A stretch of DNA of 64,000 nucleotides from Octopus sinensis (taxonomy: Eukaryota), in contig NC_042998.1 in NCBI RefSeq assembly GCF_006345805.1, forward strand, positions 149,668,001 to 149,732,000, written 5' to 3'. The notes beneath the pieces are model-generated. The model searched no databases. It saw only the letters and a program-made list of their open reading frames with translations, and was not told the DNA's origin. Both the position numbers and the translations under genes were made by a program. How positions within the stretch are numbered: the first letter of the stretch is position 1; each line of letters opens with the position of its first letter. Below are positions 51,990 to 64,000 of the stretch, in pieces.

Positions 51990-53900
51990 TTTACTTTCAA
52001 TTCAAGGATGACTTAACAAAAAAAGGAATTGGATTACCTCACTAATTTTGAAATGAAAACAAATAATTTTTATGGACTTCCCAAAATCTATAAATCCAAA
52101 TAGATCAACAACAGCTTAAAATGACCTCTATACTCCATATATAAGGATTTCCAAACCAACGGATCTCAAACTGCGTCCGAGTGTTACAGGACCAGCATCC
52201 AGCACCCAAGATTAAGCAACTTGCGGGACATAATTTTAAAACCTTTATGTAGATTAGTTCCCAGTTTCATTAGAGATGACATGAACTTCTTAAACCATAT
52301 CCCGGAACGAGTAGATAAAGTGATAGTACTAGTTCGCTTTGACGTAACTAGTCTATACACAAATATTCCCCATACATATGGACTAGAAGCAGTAGAATTT
52401 TGGAGAGATTCTCAAAAGAATTTATTCTTGAAGGTCTGCAATTAGTACTGGAAAACAACTACTTCTTTGCTAATCAATATTATCTACAAGTACAAGGCAC
52501 TGCCATGGGGACGAAAGTCGCACCAACATTTGCCACATTAATAATAGGATACCTAGAAGAAAAAAATCTACTCTTTATCCAGAACTACTTTTGACCACCA
52601 CCTCCAAACTTACCTTATAGGAAACTGGAAAAGATACTTAGATGACTGCTTCATATTTTGGAATCGAAGTAAGGAAGATCTTACAAAATTTCTTAAATTA
52701 ATAAATGACATTCATGTCTCAATCCAATTCAGTATGGAAATGAATGAAAAGCAACCCTCCTTTCTGGATATCCTTATAGTTAAAGAAAATGAGACAGTTA
52801 CAACTGATCTTCTACTATCAGATCACAGATACACACCAATATTTAGATTTTAGATCTTGCCACCCTTACCATACAAAAAGGAACTACCATTTAATATGAC
52901 AAGGTGCATATGCTCAATAGTCACAAATATTGTTAGACGTGAGAAACGACTGGCAGAACTTAATATATTCCTTCAGAAACAAAAATGTCCCAAGTTAATT
53001 CAACATGCCATAATAAAAGCCAAGGACATCCCGATTTCTACTTTACGGAGAAACACTCAAGCTAGGGGTGGAAATAAAAATATTTATACAAATGTTCCGT
53101 TTGTAGTCACCCACAATCCTAGAAACCACAACATTTTGCACTCAACTAAACGATACACCCCCTGATTCTACATCAATCACCAAATCTCCAATGGATAATT
53201 TTAAAAAATCACAAATCATCAACAGTTGAAGAAAACCACCTAACCTCAAGAGACTCCTAACTAAAGCGAGATTCACATTTGAAAAAGAAACGAAGCAAGT
53301 AACCAACTGTGGAGACTTCGATGTGGGACATGCGAATTAATTGAGTAAGGGACAACCAAAAGACTCAAGAATGGGAAGGAAGTAAAAGTGAGTGCAAACA
53401 TGAATTGCAAAACAAAGAAACCTCATCTACTGCATCACATGCGCACATTGTAATGAAAACTATAATGGAGAGACAGGAAGGAAACTGACCAACCATATAA
53501 AAGTGCATAAACAACAAATTAGGGATTCATCTCTTAGGAATGCCCCATGCAGTGAACATCTAGATATCTATGTAAATGGAAAATTTAAAATATTCACATT
53601 TTACGAAATAAACGATGAAAATGTACAACTACGAAAGGCAAAAGAAGAAGGCTTTATAAGAATTCTAAACCCGAAATTAAATCGAAAATTGCCAACACTC
53701 CATATAATAAACAATTGTAAAAGAATATCTTTGACTAAAACCATAAGCCCGAAAATAAACCGGAAATGATACTACCACTAGAACAAAAATAACTTCCTCT
53801 TTAAGAACACGCGTGTTTGAGAAGGTTTTATGAAAGCGCTCTCGCACTAGGAAAAACTTCTTTCCAAAAGAGGTTTGTAAAATCCTTATAACAGTTTTAA
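51990..53900 (+). mobile_element. Penelope-like element (RT + GIY-YIG endonuclease), frameshifted
   Basis: FYGLPKIYK, LRP, FDVTSLYTNIP, GTAMGTKVAPTFA, RYLDDCF, FLDILI, HQYLDFRSCHP. GIY-YIG region LIYCITCAHCNENYNGETGR...HKQQIR...KEEGFIRILNPKLN. Confidence 0.92.
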
Positions 53901-53974
53901 TAACATTTTTTTAAAAAATAATTTTAAATCACCTTTACACTTTAGAAATCCTATTCAGTAATCCTCATAGACTT

Positions 53975-54018
<44 letters not shown>

Positions 54019-54756
54019 ATATAATATATACATGCATACATAGATATACCAGCTACAGACAATTTATTCTTGATTAAATATTATGTATAAATAAATAAAC
54101 TGTACAATGACGCTCAGACAAATGAAAATACGTGAAGGAAAATAAACAAGAAAATATTACACCAATGACAACAGTAATAAGGAAAATAACAACAGCAGCA
54201 GCAACAACACCAACAACAGCAACATAAAAAACAACAGAAGAAGCAACAACTACGACTGCAACAGCATGAAGAACAATAAAGAAAAATGATTGCAACAACA
54301 TCAGCAACAACAACGATAACATCCAACGAACGCAACAAACCTCCAGACACACAAGAACTCAAATGAATAACAAACACACACAAAAAAAACAGCCACAAAA
54401 AAGCCCAACAAGAACTGAAGAAATAAATACGGAGTACAGAAGACAATAGCAAAAAAAAAAATTAAAATGAAAATAAAAAGATAAAAAAAGCAAAAGCAAA
54501 ATAATAAGAAATGCAGACTTGCCGACGAACAGACAGACAAACAAACAAAACAGATAAACAGACGAAATAATTCACGTTTGAGAAATAAATAGCATGAAAT
54601 GCACCAAATGACCGATTCTAACCAAAGTTGTTGGGTTTAGAACAGAACAAACGGGGGAATGGACGGGAGTTTTAGGGATGATTGTTTCGTAAACACACAA
54701 AACAGGTCACAGGTACAAAGGTCAATGAGTATAAACATATACATACAAACGTGCAC

Positions 54757-54794
<38 letters not shown>

Positions 54795-54823
54795 ATGTAT
54801 ATGTATGTATGTGCATGTGTATG

Positions 54824-54855
<32 letters not shown>

Positions 54856-54868
54856 TATATGTATATAT

Positions 54869-54911
<43 letters not shown>

Positions 54912-55039
54912 GTATGAGTGTGTGTTTGTGCGTAAGTCTGTATATGTATTTGTGTGTATATATATATGTCTATACATCCATCCATACATACATACGTACA
55001 TACTTACATACATGCAACATACATACATACATACATACA

Positions 55040-55073
<34 letters not shown>

Positions 55074-55084
55074 CATACATACAA

Positions 55085-55660
55085 CCATAGATACGTCTGA
55101 ATAATGCTATACATACACCATATGCAATGGTTGTGTAGCTGTAGTTTATTGCTGATGTATTTGATGGTATTACTGCATTTAAGGAACCCTGTTTTTGGAT
55201 TAAGGATTAAGTCTTCTCTTTGGCACCCCATTCTATTTAGGATGACTTTATTTACTTGGTTAATCTTGTTGGTGGTACGGTCATTCTGGTATGGTTATAG
55301 ATTACCGTTCTTGAGAAGAATTGACATCAGTGCCTCAGTCCAGGATGTCGTCGGCCGTTCCTCAATCTTCCAGATTTTATTGGAGATGGTCGTAAGAATG
55401 TCTGTTGTGGTTTTTCTTCCGTACTCCAGCAGTTGGACACAGATCTTATCGAGACCTCCCGATATTCGAGCTTTTAAAGACCAAACTGCGACTTCATCTC
55501 GCAGGAACGGTCAGTCGTTATTTTCAAAGTTTCCTATCGTATTCAACAAGTTTTGGTCTCCACTATTCTGTTAGTTTTAAACTTCTCAACACTACTGCAC
55601 TCACCATTCTATCATTTCCTTTCATTCTTGTACCTTATTTCCATCTTTGTTTATAACGAT
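55085..55660 (-). mobile_element. RTE-like RT N-terminal fragment, heavily degraded
   Basis: Minus strand ISNKIWKIEERPTTSWTEALMSILLKNGNL*PYQNDRT resembles the IW...WTES...LPKKGN...NYRTI motif. Confidence 0.55.
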
Positions 55661-55840
55661 ATTTATTCTTGATTTCTTTCCTTTTGGTAGGTTCTTTTTA
55701 CGAATTTTTATTAAGCGATTCAGTTTAGCCCCTTTGTTTTCCTTCCGTTGTTTCCCTCTTAATTCCTGTCCTGATTCTTGATCGTTTAACTATTTGTTCT
55801 TTCTCATGCTGTGGTCTAACGTTTTTAGTTTCTTCTATTT

Positions 55841-55883
<43 letters not shown>

Positions 55884-55896
55884 CTGTGTGTGTAGA

Positions 55897-56156
55897 GGCG
55901 TAATGGCCCAGTGGTTAGGATCGCGGTTTCGATTCCCAGTGAGTGTTTATTGAGCGAAAACACCTAAAGCTCCGGCAGAGGGTGGTGGCGATCCCTGCTG
56001 TACTCTTTCGCCACAACTTTCTCTCACTCTTTCTTCTGTTGGCCTGCTCGCTTAGCCAGTGGGGTGGCGTCATTTGAAGGCTAAAACAATGCGAAGCGCA
56101 TTGTGACCAGCGATGTGTAGCAACATCTGATAGCCTGGTCGGTCACGGTGATCACG

Positions 56157-56160
<4 letters not shown>
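55897..56160 (+). mobile_element. tRNA-derived SINE family C (tail variant 2)
   Basis: GGCGTAATGGCCCAGTGGTTAGG (A box), GGTTTCGATTCCC (B box). Body shared with 8359; the 3' part differs and ends GGTCACGGTGATCACGGTGA. Confidence 0.75.
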
Positions 56161-56195
<35 letters not shown>

Positions 56196-56274
56196 ATATA
56201 ATCAAATATGAAATAGAAGCAGCGCTGGCGTAATAAACATTACCAACCACATATGCTTAACGTATACACTTCGT

Positions 56275-56356
56275 GTATTTGTCGGTAGGCTGTGACTTAA
56301 CACTCGGTGCTTTGAGAGAGTATTCACCCTGCCATACGCAGCCTACCGGCGAATAC
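56275..56356. repeat. 18-bp imperfect inverted repeat
   Basis: GTATTTGTCGGTAGGCTG (56275-56292) and CAGCCTACCGGCGAATAC (56339-56356). Both mismatches are G-U compatible on the plus strand. Confidence 0.65.
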
Positions 56357-56779
56357 TGAAAGTTTATACTTTAAGTAAATGTGGTTGATAAAGTTATATA
56401 TATATATATATATATATATACGTTTTTTCGTGATGAGATAAAAAAAAACCAAGGCTATGCAGATTTTAGAACATTTATAAATAGAAGGTCTTGCAGTTGT
56501 TTCTTGGATATTTATTATATCCCTTCATCCCTCCTAGAAACAGCTATAAGACCTATTTATAAATGTTCTAAAATCTACACAGCCTTGTTTTTTTTTTTAT
56601 TTCATTACGAAAAAATGTTTTATATACACACGCTGATATATGACCTGAGTTAGACACCTTATTCGCATAATCACCGAATCTGGAACTTAACTATGGTCTA
56701 TCCATAGCACTTATTCAGTATTACCTGACACCTTGGGTCTCATAACCTATATATATATATATATAAATATATATCTTAT

Positions 56780-57160
56780 ATTCTTTTATTCTTTTTCTTG
56801 ATTCAGTCATTTGTCTGTGACCATGCTGGAGTACCGTCTTTATTCGAATAAATCGACCCCTGGATTTTTTGGTATGCTAGTACTTATTCTATCCGTCTAT
56901 TTTGTCGAACTGCTAGATTACGGGGACGTAGACACACCAGCATCGTTTGTCAAGCGATGGTGGTGGGGGACAAACACAGACAGACACAAATACATACATC
57001 TATACACATACACGACGGGCTTCTTTCAGTCTCCCTCTACCAAATCCACTCACAAGGCTTTGGTTGTCGCGAGGCTATAGCAGAAGACACTTGTCCAAGG
57101 TGCCACGCTGTAGGACTAAACCCAAAACTATGTGATTGGGAAGTAAGCTTCTTACCACAC
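56780..57160 (-). mobile_element. SINE family B, full length, short internal repeat
   Basis: Head GTGTGGTAAGAAGCTTACTTCCC; body AGGCTTTGGTT...CCAAATCCACTCAC; tail CTCCAGCATGGTCACAGACAAATGACTGAATCAAGAAAAAGAATAAAAGAAT. Confidence 0.8.
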
Positions 57161-57599
57161 ATCCTAGACTTTGTTTATGATTTATAGCCTTTATAAGTAA
57201 AGGCTTTCCCTAGCTATCTTTGTCATCATTGACTGAAATTATTATTTGTAGTCTTAAGATTTTCTTCGAAGAGAAGGATGAAATTTTGTCTTGTCTGTTT
57301 ATTTATTTACTTGTTGTGTAAATTACATTTTGCCAGGTCACCATGAAAGGATGAAGGTCACTACTTCTGGTTATATTCCTGAATTTTATTTTCTCCAGTT
57401 TGTTCTGTCTTCACATAGAAATAGTCGAACATCGTTTTACTGGCCAGCTGGAGTGGCTTACCAGATTTAAGATCACTGACTCCCCATCAGTTCGAGAGAA
57501 CATACCAGTGATATCAGCCATCAAATTTATTACTTCTTCTTCAACCACTTAATCTAAAATTATCAATATATTCTTCTCTACTAAAAGTACCGAATCCCA

Positions 57600-58075
57600 C
57601 ATCAATAATTGTTCCCTGTGGGTGTCGGTGTATTTTTTGTATTTATGTATATGCGTATATTTGTTATTACATGAATGTGCACGTATCGTACGCATATATA
57701 TATATACGTGTATTATTATGTATGTATATAAACAGATACTTTAGCGGTATTTATAGCAAGAAATATAAATTGTTGATTGATGTGTGTATAAAAGTATGTT
57801 GTATACATGTTAATTGTGTGTATGTATGCGTATACGTGTATATGTGGTGTATGTAGAGTGGTAGTTAAATAAGTTTATATCTATTTAAGCATGCGTATAC
57901 CTATGCATACATATATGTTTGCTTGTAAAAAGAAATGTGTGTAATATATATGTATGCTTCTGTGAGTGTATTGTATCCTGTGCATATGAACGTTTATGTT
58001 GACAGTGATTCTGTGTCTACTTGAGGGTGTATATTCGCACACGTGTATATAAGTATATGTGTGTATGTAAGCGTG

Positions 58076-58123
<48 letters not shown>

Positions 58124-59262
58124 GCACACACACGCACACACACATATATATATATATCTACACACATAATGGTGGGGGTTTAAGATTGCGTGTGAGTGCA
58201 GGCGAATGAGCACGCGTTTGAGTATGTTTGTGTGAGTTCTGTCACGAAATACAACAGGACGGGGTTGGGGGTAGAATTCGTTTCTTTTGTGTGTGGATGT
58301 GGACACACACAGGCTGAATATGCGCTTATGTAAGCGCATAAGTATGTATGTAAATATCCGCACACATATACATACGTACATACATACATTCATGTATGTA
58401 TATATATGTATATATATGTATGTATATATATATATATATATATACACACATGTATGTATGCTTACATATAAGTATAATACCAAGTGTGTATGTATGCGTA
58501 TATCTATATAGCTAGCTATACATACATACATACATATATACTCACACATATAAACGTACACAAACGCACAACACACGCATATATATATATATATATATAT
58601 ATGCGTGTCAATATATATGGGTTTGTATATTTAGTATGTAAGAATATGTGTATATGGATAAGTGTTTATGCATAGGCTTGTGTGTGTGTAAGTGTGTGTA
58701 AGTGTGTATGTGTATGACTATGCGTATGCCTGTTAGGTATTTTTGTCACGAAACAGTAAAATGTATGTATTAAGAGGTTTTGGTTTGTATATTCTTCTTC
58801 TAATGCCGATGACGGCCAGAATGTGAAGGCGTATGTAAATGTGAAGGTGTGAAGATGTATATACATGTGTTTGGGTGTGTGAGTTTGTGTGTGTATGAGT
58901 GTGAGTGCGTGAGTTTGTTTGTGTTTGTGTTTGTGCACATTTTTATGGATTTTTTCCATAAGTCTGCATGCATGTATTTGCATATATGTATATCTATATA
59001 TATATGTATATGTGTTTATAAGTACATAGAATTACATAGACATACGATGTATATATATGTGTGTGTACATATATATATGTATATATATATATATTTATAT
59101 ATATATATGTATATATGTATATGTGTGTGTGTGTACAATATGTACGTTGGCATGTGTGTATTTCATGCATGTATCATATTTGAATATGCACATATATATC
59201 TATATATATACACACATATATACATATATATACCTATGTATGTATGTATGTGTGTATGTATG

Positions 59263-59312
<50 letters not shown>

Positions 59313-59358
59313 GTATATATATGTATATATATGTATATATATTATATATATATATATA

Positions 59359-59400
<42 letters not shown>

Positions 59401-60486
59401 CATATACATGTGTATTTATATTATAATTCTATGTATGTAGTTATATATTTTCAATGACATTTATATGTATGTGTATGTTTCTACATGCTATTCGTCTCGT
59501 GCATGTTTGTATATGCGTGCTTCTAACTGTATATGGACATATATGTATGTCATAGGTAGTGTGGTGTCACGAAACAGACGAAACTGTGTACTGGAAATGT
59601 ATACGCTAGTGTATATACATGATATGATTTTTGTTTTACTCATTATATATGTCTGTATTATATGTATACATCTGTATGTGCGGTAATGTGTGTGTGTGCG
59701 CCTGTGCGAGATACATTTGTCACGAAATACAACACAGTTGGTAGTACTGTAAGTGTATGTGTTTGTGTGGGCATATGGTGTGTGCGTGTGTATGTGAGTG
59801 AGTGTGTGTATGTGTGTGTGTGTGTGTGTGTGGTGTGTGTGTGTGTGTGTGTGCATCTGTATGTGTAAACATATATCTATATGTATATTGTGTTATGGTA
59901 ATGCGTGTGATTTCTGTCACGAAATACGCCAGGGCGTGGGTACATACACACGCACTCAGACACACATTCCCAAATACATACACGCACGAACGCGCGCGCA
60001 CACACACATACACATACACACACACACAAACTCACTCACATTTATATGCAGTTACATATGTATACGCATGCGCACGCAAGCATGCATATAATGTGGAGAA
60101 GATATAACATAAACAAAAAGATATACATACACACACATGCATATATATATATATATATATGTTGTGAGCGTGTATATTTATATATATATATATATATTTA
60201 TGTATGTATGTATATATAAATATATATATATGTGAGTGTGTGTGTGTGTGTGTGTATACATATATACAGAGAGAGAAATGCATGTGTTTATACATTGAGA
60301 ATATGTGAGCATAAGTATGTGTGTATATATGCATGTATGTATGTATGTACATATATATGTTCAAATTCTCTGTCACGAAACATACCAAATCGTGGATATA
60401 TCTTGTTTACAAGTATATGAGTATGTGTATGTATGTATGTATGTATGTATGTATGTATGTATATATATAGTATACACACGCACACA

Positions 60487-60557
<71 letters not shown>

Positions 60558-60863
60558 GCTTGTGTGTGTGTGTGTTAATTTGTATGTACATGTGTACAAG
60601 TGTATAGATATATGTTTATGGATTAGCAGCGTAACGGAATACAATGAATCGTATGTGGTGTTTTTTATGTGTGGAAAAGTCAGTGTATATGTTTGTGTGT
60701 GTATGTGAGCTTATGTATGACCTTATTTATGCGTCTTAATGTGCTTGTGCGTGCATATATGCATGACTATACATATATGAATGTAAGCATATTTGTGAAT
60801 GTATGCACGAAGTATGTACGTATATACACACAGAGACACAGGCACACACACTCACGCGCGTTC

Positions 60864-60907
<44 letters not shown>

Positions 60908-61190
60908 ATATATATATATAATATATATATATATTTATATGTATATATATATGCGTATATATATATATATACATGTATATACATGTCACCTATATATATA
61001 TTTACACACATATATTAACAAATGATAGACAAACATTCACATATGCACACAGACATACATGTACACAATTACACACACACACTCACATATAAATATATAC
61101 ATTACATATATACTCATACATATACATACATATATATATATATATTATATATATACACACAATGTATATATATACACACACACATATATA

Positions 61191-61235
<45 letters not shown>

Positions 61236-61250
61236 TATATATATATAACT
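57600..61250. repeat. Compound microsatellite field containing six TGTCACGAAA motifs
   Basis: Direct inspection. Motif at 58240, 58744, 59565, 59718, 59915 and 60371. Confidence 0.85.
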
Positions 61251-61896
61251 GATATGATATGGGGGTCATCGCTGTAGACATATCACGCAACTCGAGAATC
61301 AGTTAGGAAGGTTAGCCCAGCGATTAAAAAACATCGGCGGTAAACGTTTGCATGATGGTTATGGTAGATGCTGAATTGGATGGTTGGATGGTAGAGAGGC
61401 GAGAGGGTTTCGGATTAAGTATTGATTTTGTGGTGGTGGTGGTGGTGGTTGTTGTCGTCGTTGCTGTTGTTGTTGTTGTTGTTCTCTCTGTTTTCTCTTG
61501 CTTTCCGAATCGATTTCTTCAGTTCTTCTTTGTGCTTCTAGAACAGACCATTGATAAGAATTTGAAGCTATCAAGAGCTAAGGTGTGGTTATAAATATAC
61601 ATTCACACATATTCATATGTACACACACACGCTTCTATATATATACATATATTTGTGTGTGCGTGTGTATATAAATAGAGAGAGAGAGAGAGAGCATATT
61701 AAATGTATTTATATGTATATTTATATACATATATATGTGTTTTATGTATAACAATACAGGAAATTGGAAGGTTTTTGAGTATAATTTATTCGTCATTACA
61801 CGTTTTTCTTTTGCTAATAGGAGCCACAAAGTTATATATATATTAAGCATGTAAGGAAATTCCAATTTCCAGTTACAAATTCTTCAGTCACATATA

Positions 61897-61935
<39 letters not shown>

Positions 61936-61945
61936 AGTGTGTGTA

Positions 61946-63541
61946 CAGTATCTCACAGAAGTATGTACACCTTTAAAAAATTTAAGTAAAATTGCCATTA
62001 CTCTAATAATATTGAAAAAATCAAACGAAATTTATACTGACTAAAATGTATTACAGCTGCAAGCATTATACAAATTTGGAACTCAAAACAATAAACATTT
62101 TCAAAGATATGAATGAGATATTAATTTTCAAACGATACAAAATTACGTACACCCTAATAGAAATTTGCTATATTCAATATTTGGTGTGACCGCCCTTACT
62201 TTCAAAGACAGCATAGAGTCGACTAAATTTCTGCATATAACCAATGAAATCGACCTCCGTTCATCCTGAATGATGTCTTTCAACTGTGTTACATTGTGTG
62301 TCTTTTCTCCTCAACCTTCCTTTTCACAAGGACTTGCAGATGTTCTCTTAGGTTTAAATCAGTTGACATGGTAGTCCAAAGGAATACCTTTACGTTTTAT
62401 CTGATAAAAACTTAGTTCTCTTTGAAGTGTGTTTTGGTTCATAATCATGTTGGAGCATGGAATGTCTTCCTAGTTCCTTAATGTTTTTCAACATTGTTTT
62501 CTGCAATATGTCACAACAAATCCTTGAATCCATTGTTCTCTCAATAAATCCGAGTCCTCCCAGACCAGCTGCACTCATGCATCCCCAAAGTATAACACTT
62601 CCTCCGCTGTGTTTTGCAGTAGGCACAGTGCATTTGTCGCTATTATTCTCACCTGATCGTCGCCATACTCATTTAATACCATTTGACCTAAACAAGTTGA
62701 TTTTAGTCTCATCAGAACAAAGAATTGTATTCCAAAACTCCTTCCTCTTACTCACATAAGTTTCAGCAAAAGAAAGATGACTTGGTTTATGCCTCGTAGT
62801 AAGGAGAGGCTTCCTACGAGGAATGCATCCATGAAGACCACACTGGTTTAAACTTCGACGAACTGTTTGGACGGATTCGCTCTTTCCATTAAGAGAAGAC
62901 ACTTCTTGAGCCAAAGGTGAACCGGTACGACTCCTGTCTTCCATCACGTTGGAAGGACGATCTGAACGATGTCTATTGCTTAGCCGTCCAGCATCTTTGT
63001 GCTTCTGAATTACTTTGGCAACTGTGTTTACGCTAATATGTATTCGTTTGCTAATTAATTTGTACCCTAAACCATTTTTGTGCAAATTAAAAATAATTTT
63101 CTTAAAATCTTCGGACAAATCTTTTCCTTTTGGTGCCATTTTAACCACAATGAACAAGATTTTTACCACAGTACACATATCAGAATTCTTGTAGATGCAA
63201 TAACAATGACCGGTGCAAAAATGCGAGGAGAAATAATTTATTAGAATTGAAATTATCAGCAATATCTGAATTTAATAAAAAAAAAAAAGTAAAGAAAGTG
63301 GATAGAATATTGAATATAGCAAATCTCCTTTAAGCTGTACATATTTTTTAACGTTTAAAATTTAATATTTCGTTCATATCTTTGAAAATGTTTATTGTTT
63401 TGTGTTCCAAATTTGTATAATGGTTGCATGTATAATATATTTTATTCAATATAAATTTCGTTTGATTTCCTTCGACAGTATCAGCCTAATGGCAATTTTA
63501 CTGAAATATGTTAGGGGTATACATATTTCTGTGAGATATTG
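61946..63541 (-). mobile_element. Tc1-like (DD34E) transposon with ~210-bp TIRs, decayed transposase
   Basis: MAPKGKDLSEDFKK...GYKLISK...VAKVIQK...RRKPLL...ILCSDETKIN (62669-63262); KHSGGSVILWGCM...LQHDYEPKHTS (62390-62626). TIRs at about 61946-62155 and 63335-63541 start CA(G/A)TATCTCACAGAA; TA at 61944-61945. Confidence 0.92.
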
Positions 63542-63592
63542 TGTATACATACACACACACACACACAACACAAACACACACACACACACACA

Positions 63593-63623
<31 letters not shown>

Positions 63624-64000
63624 CATATGAATGTTCAATTTATAGGAAAGATCCACAGGAACAATTACAAGGTAGCCAGATGTCACATAAGCGTCCTAGG
63701 AATTAGTGATCACACTTGCGTGGGAGTTAATTCTGCGCAGAAGTGAGACGTGTTTGGAGAACATAAGAATAAAGGAAAATGGAAACAACCGCTCAAGATG
63801 TTATTTAAATCATTTATATCACCACATCACCGACATATGTTTCGATAGATGCATCAAAATAAATTCGAGAATGAATAATGTGGAGCAGTGCATCAATCTT
63901 ATCAGGGAGGTTATAAACAACAGTGTGCATTAATAAGTCATTTTAACAGATCTCGGTGATATGGTGATATAAATGGTTTAAATAACACCTTGGGCGTTTG

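Noticed and set aside
53815-53850. Possible hammerhead at the 3' end of the large Penelope-like element (TGAGAAGG...GAAAGCGCTC)
   Set aside because: The core is too degenerate (no CUGANGA, stem II unpaired) to call.
57461-57555. Possible minus-strand exon (VEEEVINLMADITGMFSRTDGESVILNL) ending at a good donor CTG/GTAAGC
   Set aside because: The first AG after the pyrimidine tract gives stops in all three frames; there is no partner exon or homology I can recognise.

Overview
Eukaryotic, AT-rich, microsatellite-dense DNA made almost entirely of decayed transposable elements; I found no convincing host gene, rRNA, tRNA gene or CRISPR array. The mix of repeat families looks like octopod cephalopod (Octopus) DNA; this is inference from recalled repeat families, not a database result. 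Non-LTR retrotransposon remnants: a CR1-group LINE nested in an RTE LINE with a 7-bp target-site duplication, two further CR1-group families, several restriction-like-endonuclease (R4/Dong-like) LINE pieces sitting in microsatellites, and several Penelope-like elements (RT and GIY-YIG fragments with inverted terminal repeats). DNA transposon remnants: three mariners, one DD37D/maT-like element, one long-TIR Tc1 and two Helitron-like non-autonomous elements. At least four tRNA-derived SINE families are present. Most ORFs in the supplied track are translations of (AT)n, (AC)n or (ATAC)n and are artefacts. Best leads: (1) several hammerhead-ribozyme motifs in Penelope-type termini, including a three-copy family with a very long stem II and variants with a non-canonical core; (2) a SINE and a CR1-group LINE that share a 3' tail with a compensatory-mutated stem-loop, suggesting a SINE-LINE partnership; (3) six exact same-strand copies of TGTCACGAAA within 2.1 kb of simple-sequence DNA; (4) a PHD-type finger inside an RTE ORF2. 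Coordinates were counted by hand; ends of decayed elements are approximate.
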